64,000 nt of DNA from an uncultured Planctomycetota bacterium. GTDB lineage: Bacteria > Planctomycetota > Planctomycetia > Isosphaerales > Isosphaeraceae. The notes under the pieces were generated by a model. It saw only the letters and a list, made by a program, of their open reading frames with translations, did not search any database and was not told where the DNA came from. Shown one piece after another: positions 41,565-49,590 of this stretch. Each line of letters opens with the position of its first letter. Position 1 is the first letter of the stretch. The translations under genes and the position numbers were made by a program. The stretch is from contig CAWJTV010000041.1 of assembly GCA_963845755.1 (NCBI GenBank), positions 544,001 through 608,000 of the forward strand. Reading direction: 5' to 3'.

Positions 41565-43508
41565 TTACCGATAGAATGGCTGCCCCTTGAGCCACCTTGG
41601 GCCGTACCGCGGCTCTGGCTTTCCGAATTCCAGCGCGCCCAGGTCCGGCGCGTGGCCTATAAAGCCGTCGTTCACGGTCGGAATCCTCTCGCCCGCATCC
41701 ACCGCCTTGCTTGCCGGTTTGAGCCGAAAGTTCAGGTCAACGGCGTGATAGACCGCATGGCGATTGGCCGGATCCGGGGGAGCCAATCCCTCGAAATCGT
41801 CGAAATCGACCTCGACTCCGTGCGCCTCCTGCATCGTCGCTGCGCGGAGGTCGGCCAGAGTGGCGAAGCTCTTCCAGTCTCCGGGCTTTGGCTCGTGCAG
41901 TCGCTGCCCGCTCTTTGGTGCCAGCCAGGTGTACTGCTCGGTCACACCCTTGTTTGGGCGAAACCCATTGTAATCCGAACTGAACGCATCGGTCGAGTTC
42001 GCCCAGCTCATGATGCCGCGGCCAGGTGTGTCCCTGCCCAGGAACAGGTTGTTCCGGAAGTGCATGTTGGACGATGGCTCCCGCACGACCTGTTCCCCGA
42101 TGATTGTATTGTGGTAAACGAAAAGGCCGGCCGGCTTGGCCGAGAACTTGAAGGCCACGCCCGAGGGCACGTGATACAGAAGGTTGCCAATGAAGTAGAC
42201 CGGCCCGCCGAACACCGGCTGGGAACTGTATCCCCCCTGTGCAGCGTTGACTCCGCGATTGTTCATCACCCGCACGTTGTGAACGCCGCCGTCGGTCTCC
42301 ACGAAGTCGTCATTGAGTAGGTGCAGATCGTTGTTGGTGATGTCGATCGACGAGGCCCGCTGGTCGGGATCCTGCGGTGGCGTTCCGTAGGTCGAGATGC
42401 CGATCCCGTCGTGGAAATAGGCGACCGCATTGTGGTCGATCACATGCCCCGTCCCGTAAACCTTGACCGCATAGTAGCTCGTGAGCGGGTGCGAGCCGTA
42501 AGCCCCCGCGCTGGCCCACATTGGTCCGGTCCACCCGATCAGCCGGAAGCGATCATCGCGGCCCAGGAACAGGTTGTCCGCGATGTAGAAGTCACTGGAG
42601 CCGGCGTACTCGGTCCAGACTCCGAACCCGACTCCTTCGAAGCGGCAGTTCTTGACCGTCAGCCCGACCGCGCCGAGCACTTCCTTCTGCCCGGCGAAGA
42701 TGCCCACGTCGGTGTTGCGAATCGTCAGCCCATCGAAGATGTGGTACCGCGAAGCCATGACGTCGAACAGCCTGTGATTGCCGGCCCCGTCGAAGATCAC
42801 TTCTCCATCGCCGGCCGACTTGATCGTGATCGGCTTCTCTGGCGTCCCTTTCAACGTCAGCGACATCGTGCCATCGAAAGGTGTCATCAGCGGGTCCACG
42901 TAGTTCAGCCGCTGGGGCTTGTAGAGTCCGGCATGCATCTGGATCGTATCGCCCGGCTGGGCCCGCCGTTCCCAGACGACGCTCCAGTCGCCCAGGCCCG
43001 CGCCGTAGTAGGCATGCAAAAGGCTCGTGAAACTGGGCTCCTGGCGCGGGCCCTGATAGTCCGGGGGGTACACATGAAGCGTACGCCCTCCCTTGAAGGG
43101 TTGGGGCTCGCTGCGAGTCCTCACCCGCACGGTGTGCTCGGTCTGGCCACTCGCGTCGTCCGGATCGGTCAACCGGAACCGGCACTCATATTCCGTGCCG
43201 GGCTGGAGGTTCAGGATGCTGCCGGCAAAGCCATCGGGAACCGTGTAGTCGAGATTCTCGCGTCGCCGGTAGACGTTCTCGCCGCCGATTCGCACCAGGG
43301 GCAGCGCCGGTCGCCAAGTGGTTTCACCGGCCGCCCGGAACTCCACCGCGACCGTCGCATTCCGATTCGCATCGCCGCGGATTTCCCACTCGAATCCCAA
43401 GTTGAGGAGGGTGGGGTGCTCCACGACAAATCGTCCCGGCAGGGTGCTGTTCTCGGGGCCAGCCCCCATGGCAACCAGGAAGAGAGCGAAGAGACCCGGG
43501 TAGTTCAT
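41565..43508 (-). CDS. Secreted parallel beta-helix (pectin-lyase-fold) protein
   Basis: Signal peptide MNYPGLFALFLVAM, GSILNLQPGTEYE, DDFVETDGG, APDLGALE. Confidence 0.8.
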   Translation of the reverse strand: MNYPGLFALFLVAMGAGPENSTLPGRFVVEHPTLLNLGFEWEIRGDANRNATVAVEFRAAGETTWRPALPLVRIGGENVYRRRENLDYTVPDGFAGSILNLQPGTEYECRFRLTDPDDASGQTEHTVRVRTRSEPQPFKGGRTLHVYPPDYQGPRQEPSFTSLLHAYYGAGLGDWSVVWERRAQPGDTIQMHAGLYKPQRLNYVDPLMTPFDGTMSLTLKGTPEKPITIKSAGDGEVIFDGAGNHRLFDVMASRYHIFDGLTIRNTDVGIFAGQKEVLGAVGLTVKNCRFEGVGFGVWTEYAGSSDFYIADNLFLGRDDRFRLIGWTGPMWASAGAYGSHPLTSYYAVKVYGTGHVIDHNAVAYFHDGIGISTYGTPPQDPDQRASSIDITNNDLHLLNDDFVETDGGVHNVRVMNNRGVNAAQGGYSSQPVFGGPVYFIGNLLYHVPSGVAFKFSAKPAGLFVYHNTIIGEQVVREPSSNMHFRNNLFLGRDTPGRGIMSWANSTDAFSSDYNGFRPNKGVTEQYTWLAPKSGQRLHEPKPGDWKSFATLADLRAATMQEAHGVEVDFDDFEGLAPPDPANRHAVYHAVDLNFRLKPASKAVDAGERIPTVNDGFIGHAPDLGALEFGKPEPRYGPRWLKGQPFYR

Positions 43509-43956
43509 GGCTGGAGCTCCATACACGACATGACGGCTTCGAGAATCAGAATCCAGTCGCGAAGTGGGCAGCTTAATCTGGGCGTGGACAGCGATACAAG
43601 TGCCAGCGTCGGCCCGGACTCGTGGCAAGGACGTCGTCCAGGAAAAACTCGAGGACGAGCGAGGGCCTGTCGTGGCGAGTGCGTAGGAGTACCAGGAACT
43701 CACAGTGACCGAGCACGATAGCCACATGTTCGTCTTCGGTCGGGGCGGATGAACCGTGAGGGGAGGGGTCGGGGAGAGGAGACTCGTCTCTCCCGAGTTT
43801 CACGAGCGCGGGCGAAACCCGGCACCGCTTTCTTGACGAAACGTCATCGCCTCTAATGTATAGGCTCGTATATAGTTCAGGCAATGCAACATTCCCGGAG
43901 GGTCCACTTTGTCGGCCGTCAATGGTGTAGAGCCCGCAGAGCCGTTCTCCCTCGTG

Positions 43957-44727
43957 TTAGTAACGATCGTCGTGGTACCAGAGTTCACCTCCGTCGATCG
44001 TCAACATGCAGCGGAGCATCGGACCCCCTCCGCGGCCGAACAGCCACCACGCCTCGACCTCGATCGGGGAGAAGAGGAAGTTGATGCCGTGCGGGTGGAG
44101 CGGCTCGTCGGCGAGCCCCTGGCGGTGCAGGTCGTCGATGTCGTCCTCCGCGGCTTTCTTCAGCTCGTCCCAGCCCCCGAGGATCGCCGGTCGCGTCGGC
44201 AGATTCAGGTCGCGCGGCTCGAGCCAGGGGATGCCGGCGCCGCCCAGCTCGACGACCAGGCTGGCCCTGGGGTCCTTGATCTGCGATGCCGACACGCAGG
44301 ACCAGCCCGGGAAGACCGTCCCGGGCCCGACGACGACGGCGTAGCTGGAACGGCCGCGATGGGGGTGTGCGGGGCACTCATAGACCGCGGGCATCCGCCC
44401 GGACAGCCGGGCGTTGTTCGGCCCGTCCCAGGGTTCGTCGAGACGATACGAATTGTACAAGGCATGCTCACCCGCGTACGGGAGGATGAGGGCTCTCCAG
44501 CTATGCATTGGCCTGCCGGACACATTGGTCGTATACGCGGGTGGGAAGCAACCATAGTCCGCGTGATAGCTCCGCAACGCCAGTCCAATCGCTCGCAGGT
44601 TCGCCTTGCAGCCCCTATCCAAGGCTGATACGCTTATTGGTGTGAGCACCAGATACATCAAAGCAGCAACCGAGGCTGTGCCGAATAACAATTGCCATTT
44701 TGAGAATCGAATATGTGGCAGCCACAT
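43957..44727 (-). CDS. DUF1559 domain protein
   Basis: CKANLRAIGLALRSYHADYGCFPP, HSWRALILPY, DEPWDGPNN, HPHGINFLF. Confidence 0.85.
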   Translation of the reverse strand: MWLPHIRFSKWQLLFGTASVAALMYLVLTPISVSALDRGCKANLRAIGLALRSYHADYGCFPPAYTTNVSGRPMHSWRALILPYAGEHALYNSYRLDEPWDGPNNARLSGRMPAVYECPAHPHRGRSSYAVVVGPGTVFPGWSCVSASQIKDPRASLVVELGGAGIPWLEPRDLNLPTRPAILGGWDELKKAAEDDIDDLHRQGLADEPLHPHGINFLFSPIEVEAWWLFGRGGGPMLRCMLTIDGGELWYHDDRY

Positions 44728-44879
44728 CGCAGGATTCCCTGGAAAGTCTGATCTCTGGATCGCCTGTTACACGTCCCGCCATCGTCCCTCGCCAGGATGT
44801 CCGCGCCAACCATGATCGAGACTTTACAGCCAGAGGGGCTCATTCGGCATCGATTCGCCTCATCGCTTCGGTGGCAACC

Positions 44880-45198
44880 TGACGTAAGCGAGGGTCCGGA
44901 TCTTGGCGAGTCATCGCGGCCAGGCGCGGCTTGCGGCGAGCCGGTATTTCTCTCCCAACATTCGGTGCCACTCGAATTTCTGTGGCGATCAGTGTCTCAC
45001 GTTCTCGCCGAGGGCATTGGTCTTGCTAGCCCAGCCTGGTCCGTGAGCATAAACCACCAAACAACTGGCTTCATGATGAGCAGCCATGGCCAGAAATCGA
45101 TCACGGCGGCGCTGCAACTCGACGGCTACACCGAATACTGTCCCGATTGTTGCAACCACAGCCATCCACCACCGAGTCGTCATCCGGGGCAGTCGCAT
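44880..45198 (-). CDS. Small membrane-anchored hypothetical protein (MRLPRMTTR type, frameshifted)
   Basis: GGAGG RBS, MRLPRMTTRWWMAVVA; continues WHRMLGEKYRLAASRAWP in another frame; 3' end approximate. Confidence 0.6.
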
Positions 45199-45236
45199 GA
45201 CCCGAACCTCCGGGCTGACAGACTGGCCAGTCTGAT

Positions 45237-45320
45237 CTCTAGTCCAGGATTTATACCGCAGACTTGACGTAAGTCCTTTCTCGACGTCTCAGATTCCGTT
45301 GATGGGAGGGGGATATTCAC
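45237..45320. repeat. 84-bp direct repeat, copy 1
   Basis: ctctagtccagg...cttgacgtaagtcctttctcgacgtc...ggatattcac; matches 45940-46023. Confidence 0.85.
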
Positions 45321-45470
45321 CGGAGGGGTAGGAAGGGGCATTGCTAATCCCCCAGGCAAAATACATAGGATGACGAAGGCGTTGTTTCCCATATTGCCCA
45401 TCCTGCGTTAATGTTAAGCAATCCCCTTTGGCAGGCTTTGTTACTGCTTCAGCGGAGACGGCACGACAAA

Positions 45471-45782
45471 TTAGTCGAGGAGGTGATCACGCATCTGAAC
45501 CTTCCCGCTTGGCTTCGGGATAGGACCTCTTGCACGGCTTCGCTGGGATCTGGTGCCCATGGCCACAAGATACATACCCCCCAGCCAAAAACCGAGAAAG
45601 CTGCCGGCCGCCCCGCCCAAGAACACGAATACGGCAGCAATGAACGCCAGAATAAATAGGGACCCTACGTGATCGATATCATTTGGGTTGTTACTCGGCA
45701 AGAGGAGGATCACCAGGAAACAGATAAGGCCGGCTATAGCCCCGATCACCAAGCCATAGACCGTCGGTCGAAGTAGTCGCAT
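45471..45782 (-). CDS. Small hypothetical membrane protein
   Basis: MRLLRPTVYGLVIGAIAGLICFLVILLL with further hydrophobic helices; start uncertain. Confidence 0.55.
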   Translation of the reverse strand: MRLLRPTVYGLVIGAIAGLICFLVILLLPSNNPNDIDHVGSLFILAFIAAVFVFLGGAAGSFLGFWLGGMYLVAMGTRSQRSRARGPIPKPSGKVQMRDHLLD

Positions 45783-45939
45783 GATGATGCGGTCCTGTTT
45801 TCTCGAATGCTTCCGGACGACCCGATTTCGATGTGCATGGACTCCGAAGGGATTGACGAGGATGCGCATGGCCACGACCTCGACCGCTTCCATCGTCCGC
45901 CGTGAGGAGGTCGCATGCCCCCTTCCTGTGAAGGCTCGA

Positions 45940-46023
45940 CTCTAGTCCAGGCATTGCACCGCAGCCTTGACGTAAGTCCTTTCTCGACGTCCCTGATTTC
46001 GTCGATAGGAGGGGGATATTCAC
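45940..46023. repeat. 84-bp direct repeat, copy 2
   Basis: Same length and core as 45237-45320. Confidence 0.85.
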
Positions 46024-46256
46024 TGTTTACACATCGGACACTTGTTAGCCATTCCTCTATCGAGGTTGTCAGACGTTCACAGCACGGCCCAGGGCCTTTC
46101 TCAAGGATACCGCGGCGCAGGTTCGTTGCACCAGCGTCAAACCCTCGCGAGGTGTGAGGAATGGAGAATCCGCACTCTTCACAACACTCGGACCAGGATA
46201 GAAGACCAACTGGTCATGATGAATCGACAAGGGGAACGTCGGGGACAGGCGATGAG

Positions 46257-46327
46257 AGGCGCCGGCGGGAGTCGAACCCGCTTCCGCGGTTTTGCAGACC
46301 GCTGCCCGGCCGTCAGGCTCCGGCGCC
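46257..46327 (-). tRNA. tRNA-Cys(GCA)
   Basis: plus gcggt-tttgcag-accgc; U73. Confidence 0.92.
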
Positions 46328-46357
46328 CTGAGTGCTTCGACCCTCCCTCGGAGGGCA

Positions 46358-46430
46358 TGTCCTCGCCAGGAATCGAACCTGGTCTCCGACCTTCGCAAAG
46401 TCGTGTGCGCGTCCGTCACACTCCGAGGAC
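46358..46430 (-). tRNA. tRNA-Arg(GCG)
   Basis: plus cgacc-ttcgcaa-agtcg. Confidence 0.88.
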
Positions 46431-46457
46431 AACGATCGGAACAGGACCGTTGACGAG

Positions 46458-46528
46458 TCCCCCACCCGGGAATCGAACCCGGCCTTGCGGCTTCGAAGAC
46501 CGCCGTGCGTCCGCCACACCCGCAGGGA
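46458..46528 (-). tRNA. tRNA-Arg(TCG)
   Basis: plus gcggc-ttcgaag-accgc. Confidence 0.85.
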
Positions 46529-46538
46529 AACAGCCGAG

Positions 46539-46610
46539 TGCCCTTGCCAGGAGTCGAACCTGGTCTTCGACCTTCGGAGGGTCGCGTGCCGTCCGTCACA
46601 CGCCAAGGGC
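46539..46610 (-). tRNA. tRNA-Arg(CCG)
   Basis: plus cgacc-ttcggag-ggtcg. Confidence 0.9.
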
Positions 46611-46618
46611 GCAATCGA

Positions 46619-46690
46619 AGCCGACGGCCGGGCTCGAACCGGCATGAACCTGCTTACAAGGCAGGGGCCTCACCGTTCGGCCACGTCGGC
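46619..46690 (-). tRNA. tRNA-Thr(TGT)
   Basis: plus cctgc-ttacaag-gcagg. Confidence 0.92.
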
Positions 46691-46699
46691 AGATAAGAG

Positions 46700-46769
46700 C
46701 AGGGGCGCAAGGATTTGAACCCTGTCCGCGAGCTTTGGAAACTCGCTGCTCTCCCAGGAGCACACCCCT
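46700..46769 (-). tRNA. tRNA-Trp(CCA)
   Basis: plus cgagc-tttggaa-actcg; G73. Confidence 0.88.
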
Positions 46770-46791
46770 ATCATTCGATCGATTGAGCGAG

Positions 46792-46864
46792 GGTATTCGG
46801 CGGGAGTTGAACCCGGCGCCTCGAGATTCACAGTCTCGCATGCTTCCGCTACACCACGAACACC
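46792..46864 (-). tRNA. tRNA-His(GTG)
   Basis: plus cgaga-ttcacag-tctcg; G-1:C73. Confidence 0.9.
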
Positions 46865-46901
46865 ATCAGCAAGTCCGGCCCGAGGTTCACCCGGGCCGAG
46901 G

Positions 46902-46985
46902 CGGAAGGGGCGGGAGTCGAACCCGCAAGGCTCATCGCTCGTCCGCTTTCCAAGCGGGTCCCGTCGCCGGTCGGGTGGCCCTTCC
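46902..46985 (-). tRNA. tRNA-Ser(GGA)
   Basis: plus tccgc-tttccaa-gcggg; long variable arm; G73. Confidence 0.88.
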
Positions 46986-47002
46986 GTATCAATCAGTTTC
47001 AG

Positions 47003-47076
47003 TGGGCGATGCAGGGGTCGAACCTGCGGCCTCCAGCGTGTCATGCTGGCGCTCTGGCCGGCTGAGCTAACCGCCC
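47003..47076 (-). tRNA. tRNA-Val(GAC)
   Basis: plus ccagc-gtgtcat-gctgg. Confidence 0.92.
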
Positions 47077-47087
47077 GGATGATCCAT

Positions 47088-47160
47088 TACCCCGACCAGG
47101 ACTCGAACCCGAAACTCCTCGTTAGGACCGAGGCGTGATCCTCCCTTTCACCATCGGGGC
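47088..47160 (-). tRNA. tRNA-Arg(CCT)
   Basis: plus cctcg-ttaggac-cgagg. Confidence 0.85.
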
Positions 47161-47170
47161 CAGGAACAAG

Positions 47171-47256
47171 CGGAAGGCAAGGGATTCGAACCCTCATCCC
47201 CTCTCGAGGAACCGTTTTAGCAGGACGGCTCGGCAAACCGTATCCGACTACCTTCC
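47171..47256 (-). tRNA. tRNA-Ser(GCT)
   Basis: plus ccgtt-ttagcag-gacgg; long variable arm. Confidence 0.88.
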
Positions 47257-47263
47257 GTTCGAG

Positions 47264-47334
47264 TGGACCCACCGGGAGTCGAACCCGGGTCTCCGGCCTG
47301 CCGAGCCGGTGTCGTTCCGCTGGACGATGGGCCC
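47264..47334 (-). tRNA. tRNA-Ala(GGC)
   Basis: plus ccggc-ctgccga-gccgg; G3:U70; C33. Confidence 0.88.
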
Positions 47335-47364
47335 TTCAAACTTCCCAACCTGCGTTCAACCGAG

Positions 47365-47435
47365 TGGACCGCCGGGGAGTCGAACCCCGATTCCCGGCGT
47401 GCGATACCGGTGTCGTCCCGTTGGACCAGCAGCCC
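47365..47435 (-). tRNA. tRNA-Ala(CGC)
   Basis: plus ccggc-gtgcgat-accgg; G3:U70. Confidence 0.88.
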
Positions 47436-47445
47436 GTTTGCGAGA

Positions 47446-47516
47446 AGGTCCGCCCGAGAATCGAACTCGGTCCCCCTCCTTACCATGGAGGTGTGCTGCC
47501 GGAACACCTGCAGACC
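47446..47516 (-). tRNA. tRNA-Thr(GGT)
   Basis: plus cctcc-ttaccat-ggagg. Confidence 0.88.
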
Positions 47517-47529
47517 GGACGGCGGAGAG

Positions 47530-47602
47530 TCGTCCCGGCAGGACTCGAACCTGCGCTAACCTGTGTGTAAGACAGGCGTCTTGGCCGCTAGACGACGGGA
47601 CG
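47530..47602 (-). tRNA. tRNA-Val(TAC)
   Basis: plus cctgt-gtgtaag-acagg. Confidence 0.92.
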
Positions 47603-47614
47603 AATTGCGGTCAG

Positions 47615-47688
47615 TAGCACGGGTGGGATTCGAACCCACAGACACCAGGCCCTCGACCTGGTCGCGATGCCAGTTAGCGTACCGTGCC
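47615..47688 (-). tRNA. tRNA-Leu(GAG), short variable loop
   Basis: plus ccagg-ccctcga-cctgg; 5-nt variable loop; C33. Confidence 0.82.
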
Positions 47689-47702
47689 AGGAACACCGAC
47701 AG

Positions 47703-47771
47703 TTGCGGGTCGGGGAGTCGAACCTCCGTCTCCGAGCGTATGAAACTCGGCCGAGCACCGGCCCACCCGCA
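47703..47771 (-). tRNA. tRNA(CAT), fMet-like acceptor stem, reduced D arm
   Basis: plus cgagc-gtatgaa-actcg; TGCGGGT/ACCCGCA acceptor. Confidence 0.7.
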
Positions 47772-47772
47772 G

Positions 47773-47842
47773 TCCCAGGCCCCGGTATCGAGCCGGGCGG
47801 ATCGGCCTCATGAAAGCCAACCGGGCACCTGCCTCGCCTGGG
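47773..47842 (-). tRNA. tRNA(CAT), Met or Ile2, reduced D arm
   Basis: plus cggcc-tcatgaa-agcca; T loop CUCGAUA. Confidence 0.65.
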
Positions 47843-47875
47843 AAACTCGCAGTATCAGTCCAACCGATCAATCAG

Positions 47876-47958
47876 TCGCCAGGGGGAGATTCGAACTCCC
47901 ACGCCTCGAGGGCACGTGCTTCTGAGGCCCGCGCGTCTACCAGTTCCGCCACCCGGCG
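47876..47958 (-). tRNA. tRNA-Leu(CAG)
   Basis: plus cgtgc-ttctgag-gcccg; long variable arm. Confidence 0.88.
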
Positions 47959-47973
47959 CGTCGTCCAGTACAG

Positions 47974-48046
47974 TAGTCCGTGCGGGAATCGAACCCGCCT
48001 CTTCAGCTTGAGGGGCTGATATCCTGAGCCGATAGACGAACGGACC
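47974..48046 (-). tRNA. tRNA-Glu(CTC)
   Basis: plus tcagc-ttgaggg-gctga; C33. Confidence 0.88.
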
Positions 48047-48064
48047 TTGAATAAGAACCTCCAG

Positions 48065-48150
48065 TGGGTAGTGAAGGAGTTGAACCTTCCGCCTTCCGCC
48101 TCACAACTTGAGGGCAACGGTTTTACAGACCGCCGTGAGGAACACCACCC
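48065..48150 (-). tRNA. tRNA-Tyr(GTA), D-armless, very long variable region
   Basis: plus acggt-tttacag-accgc; only 10 nt between acceptor and anticodon stems. Confidence 0.75.
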
Positions 48151-48169
48151 GAGAAAAACCATCCGCGAG

Positions 48170-48244
48170 TAGCACGGGTGGGAGTCGAACCCACAGAATC
48201 CCCGGGTTTGAGCCGGGTCGCTTTGCCGGTTTGCGTACCGTGCC
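48170..48244 (-). tRNA. tRNA-Leu(CAA), short variable loop
   Basis: plus cccgg-gtttgag-ccggg; 6-nt variable loop. Confidence 0.85.
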
Positions 48245-48260
48245 ATCTCTCCTACTCCAG

Positions 48261-48335
48261 CGCCCCCGGCGGGATTCGAACCCGCGACCTCCACTGTGAC
48301 AGAGTGGCGAGCTCTCCAGGCTGCTCCACGAAGGC
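48261..48335 (-). tRNA. tRNA-Asp(GTC)
   Basis: plus ccact-gtgacag-agtgg; G73. Confidence 0.9.
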
Positions 48336-48344
48336 GTGATCGAA

Positions 48345-48418
48345 TGGCTCAGGAGGGAGTCGAACCCTCAGCATCCCTCGTTCTAAGCGAGAGTGGTCTG
48401 CCGATTGCCTACCGAGCC
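48345..48418 (-). tRNA. tRNA-Leu(TAG), short variable loop
   Basis: plus cctcg-ttctaag-cgaga. Confidence 0.83.
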
Positions 48419-48443
48419 GAGAACTCTTGCACCGAGAACCCAT

Positions 48444-48516
48444 TACCCAGGGTGGGAGTCGAACCCACAGGCGCCCGGGTTTAAGCCGGGCCGCTCAGCC
48501 GTTGGCGTACCTGGGT
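48444..48516 (-). tRNA. tRNA-Leu(TAA), short variable loop
   Basis: plus cccgg-gtttaag-ccggg; 5-nt variable loop. Confidence 0.85.
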
Positions 48517-48529
48517 CCTCTCTCCGAGG

Positions 48530-48614
48530 CGGAAGCCGTGGGACTCGAACCCACAAGCGGCCTGCGCCGCCACCTGCTTTCAAGACAGGCCCCTGATCCA
48601 GCCGGTTGGCTTCC
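48530..48614 (-). tRNA. tRNA-Ser(TGA)
   Basis: plus cctgc-tttcaag-acagg; long variable arm. Confidence 0.85.
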
Positions 48615-48634
48615 GTGAGGGCATTCCACGCGAG

Positions 48635-48709
48635 TTCCGGGGGCTGGAATCGAACCAGCGGCCTCCGCGTTCAGAGCGCGGCGTCACTACCACCAGCAAC
48701 TGCCCCGGA
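48635..48709 (-). tRNA. tRNA-Gln(CTG)
   Basis: plus ccgcg-ttcagag-cgcgg; U1-A72. Confidence 0.9.
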
Positions 48710-48782
48710 TTCGGGAAGGAGGAATTCGAACCCCCACCGCCTGATTCAAAGTCAGGGAGCCTACCACTTAGCCGATTCCCGA
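48710..48782 (-). tRNA. tRNA-Gln(TTG)
   Basis: plus cctga-ttcaaag-tcagg; abuts the previous gene. Confidence 0.87.
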
Positions 48783-48783
48783 G

Positions 48784-48853
48784 AGCGCCCCGCGGGAGTC
48801 GAACCCGCCTTTCGGACCTGGGAAGCCCGCCCTGACCGCTCGGCCAGGGACGC
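48784..48853 (-). tRNA. tRNA-Gly(CCC)
   Basis: plus cggac-ctgggaa-gcccg. Confidence 0.83.
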
Positions 48854-48871
48854 ATCAACCGTCGCTTCGAG

Positions 48872-48942
48872 TGCGGGATCGGGGAGTCGAACCCCGATCG
48901 CCTGGTTGGAAGCCAGGAATCTTGCCATTGGACCAATCCCGC
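48872..48942 (-). tRNA. tRNA-Gly(TCC)
   Basis: plus cctgg-ttggaag-ccagg; A73. Confidence 0.9.
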
Positions 48943-48952
48943 GGCCTGCCAG

Positions 48953-49036
48953 CGGAAGGAGAGGGAGTCGAACCCTCAAGGCTCATCGCTCGTCCGGATT
49001 CGAGCCGGGTGCCGTCGCCAATCGGCTTGCCCTTCC
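48953..49036 (-). tRNA. tRNA-Ser(CGA)
   Basis: plus tccgg-attcgag-ccggg; long variable arm. Confidence 0.88.
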
Positions 49037-49046
49037 CCAGGAACAG

Positions 49047-49121
49047 CTCCGGCGGCAGGAATCGAACCTGCGTCCCCCCGGTTAACAGCCGGGCGCTCGT
49101 ACCAGCACGAACTCCACCGGA
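49047..49121 (-). tRNA. tRNA-Asn(GTT)
   Basis: plus cccgg-ttaacag-ccggg; G73. Confidence 0.9.
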
Positions 49122-49138
49122 ATCATCGCGTCAGACAG

Positions 49139-49213
49139 TCGGGATGGCCGGATTTGAACCGGCGATTTCCTGCTCCCAAGGCAGGCGGATTAGCCAGGCT
49201 TTCCTACATCCCG
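49139..49213 (-). tRNA. tRNA-Pro(TGG)
   Basis: plus cctgc-tcccaag-gcagg; C1-G72, A73. Confidence 0.92.
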
Positions 49214-49233
49214 AGTCGCCTCGTTTTCCGACA

Positions 49234-49304
49234 AGTGCCCAGCGGGAGTCGAACCCGCACGTCCGCCTTGGCAAAGCGGTAGGCTTCCGCTACATCATGG
49301 GCAC
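49234..49304 (-). tRNA. tRNA-Gly(GCC)
   Basis: plus ccgcc-ttggcaa-agcgg; U73. Confidence 0.9.
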
Positions 49305-49336
49305 GATCGCCGTCCCCGAATTGTCAAGGAACCGAG

Positions 49337-49408
49337 AGCACCGGGTGGGACTCGAACCCACGTCGCCGCCTTACGAGAGCGGAGTCTTCGCCGCTGGACG
49401 ACCAGTGC
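49337..49408 (-). tRNA. tRNA-Thr(CGT)
   Basis: plus ccgcc-ttacgag-agcgg. Confidence 0.9.
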
Positions 49409-49419
49409 CTGCATCACGA

Positions 49420-49492
49420 TGGGACCGGAGGGGCTCGAACCCTCACCGAACCGGTTAAGAGCCGGACGTTCTGCCGCTAGAACTTCAGTCCC
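49420..49492 (-). tRNA. tRNA-Lys(CTT)
   Basis: plus accgg-ttaagag-ccgga. Confidence 0.9.
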
Positions 49493-49506
49493 GACTGGTA
49501 GATGAG

Positions 49507-49579
49507 TAGCCCGTGTGGGAATCGAACCCACCTCTCCGCCTTGAAAGGGCGGTATCCTGCGCCGATAGACGAACGAGCC
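49507..49579 (-). tRNA. tRNA-Glu(TTC)
   Basis: plus ccgcc-ttgaaag-ggcgg. Confidence 0.92.
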
Positions 49580-49590
49580 ATCTTCACGAG

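Noticed and set aside
46030..46256. Additional tRNA-like or Y-RNA gene downstream of tRNA-Cys
   Set aside because: I could not build a convincing cloverleaf or other fold by eye; left uncalled.
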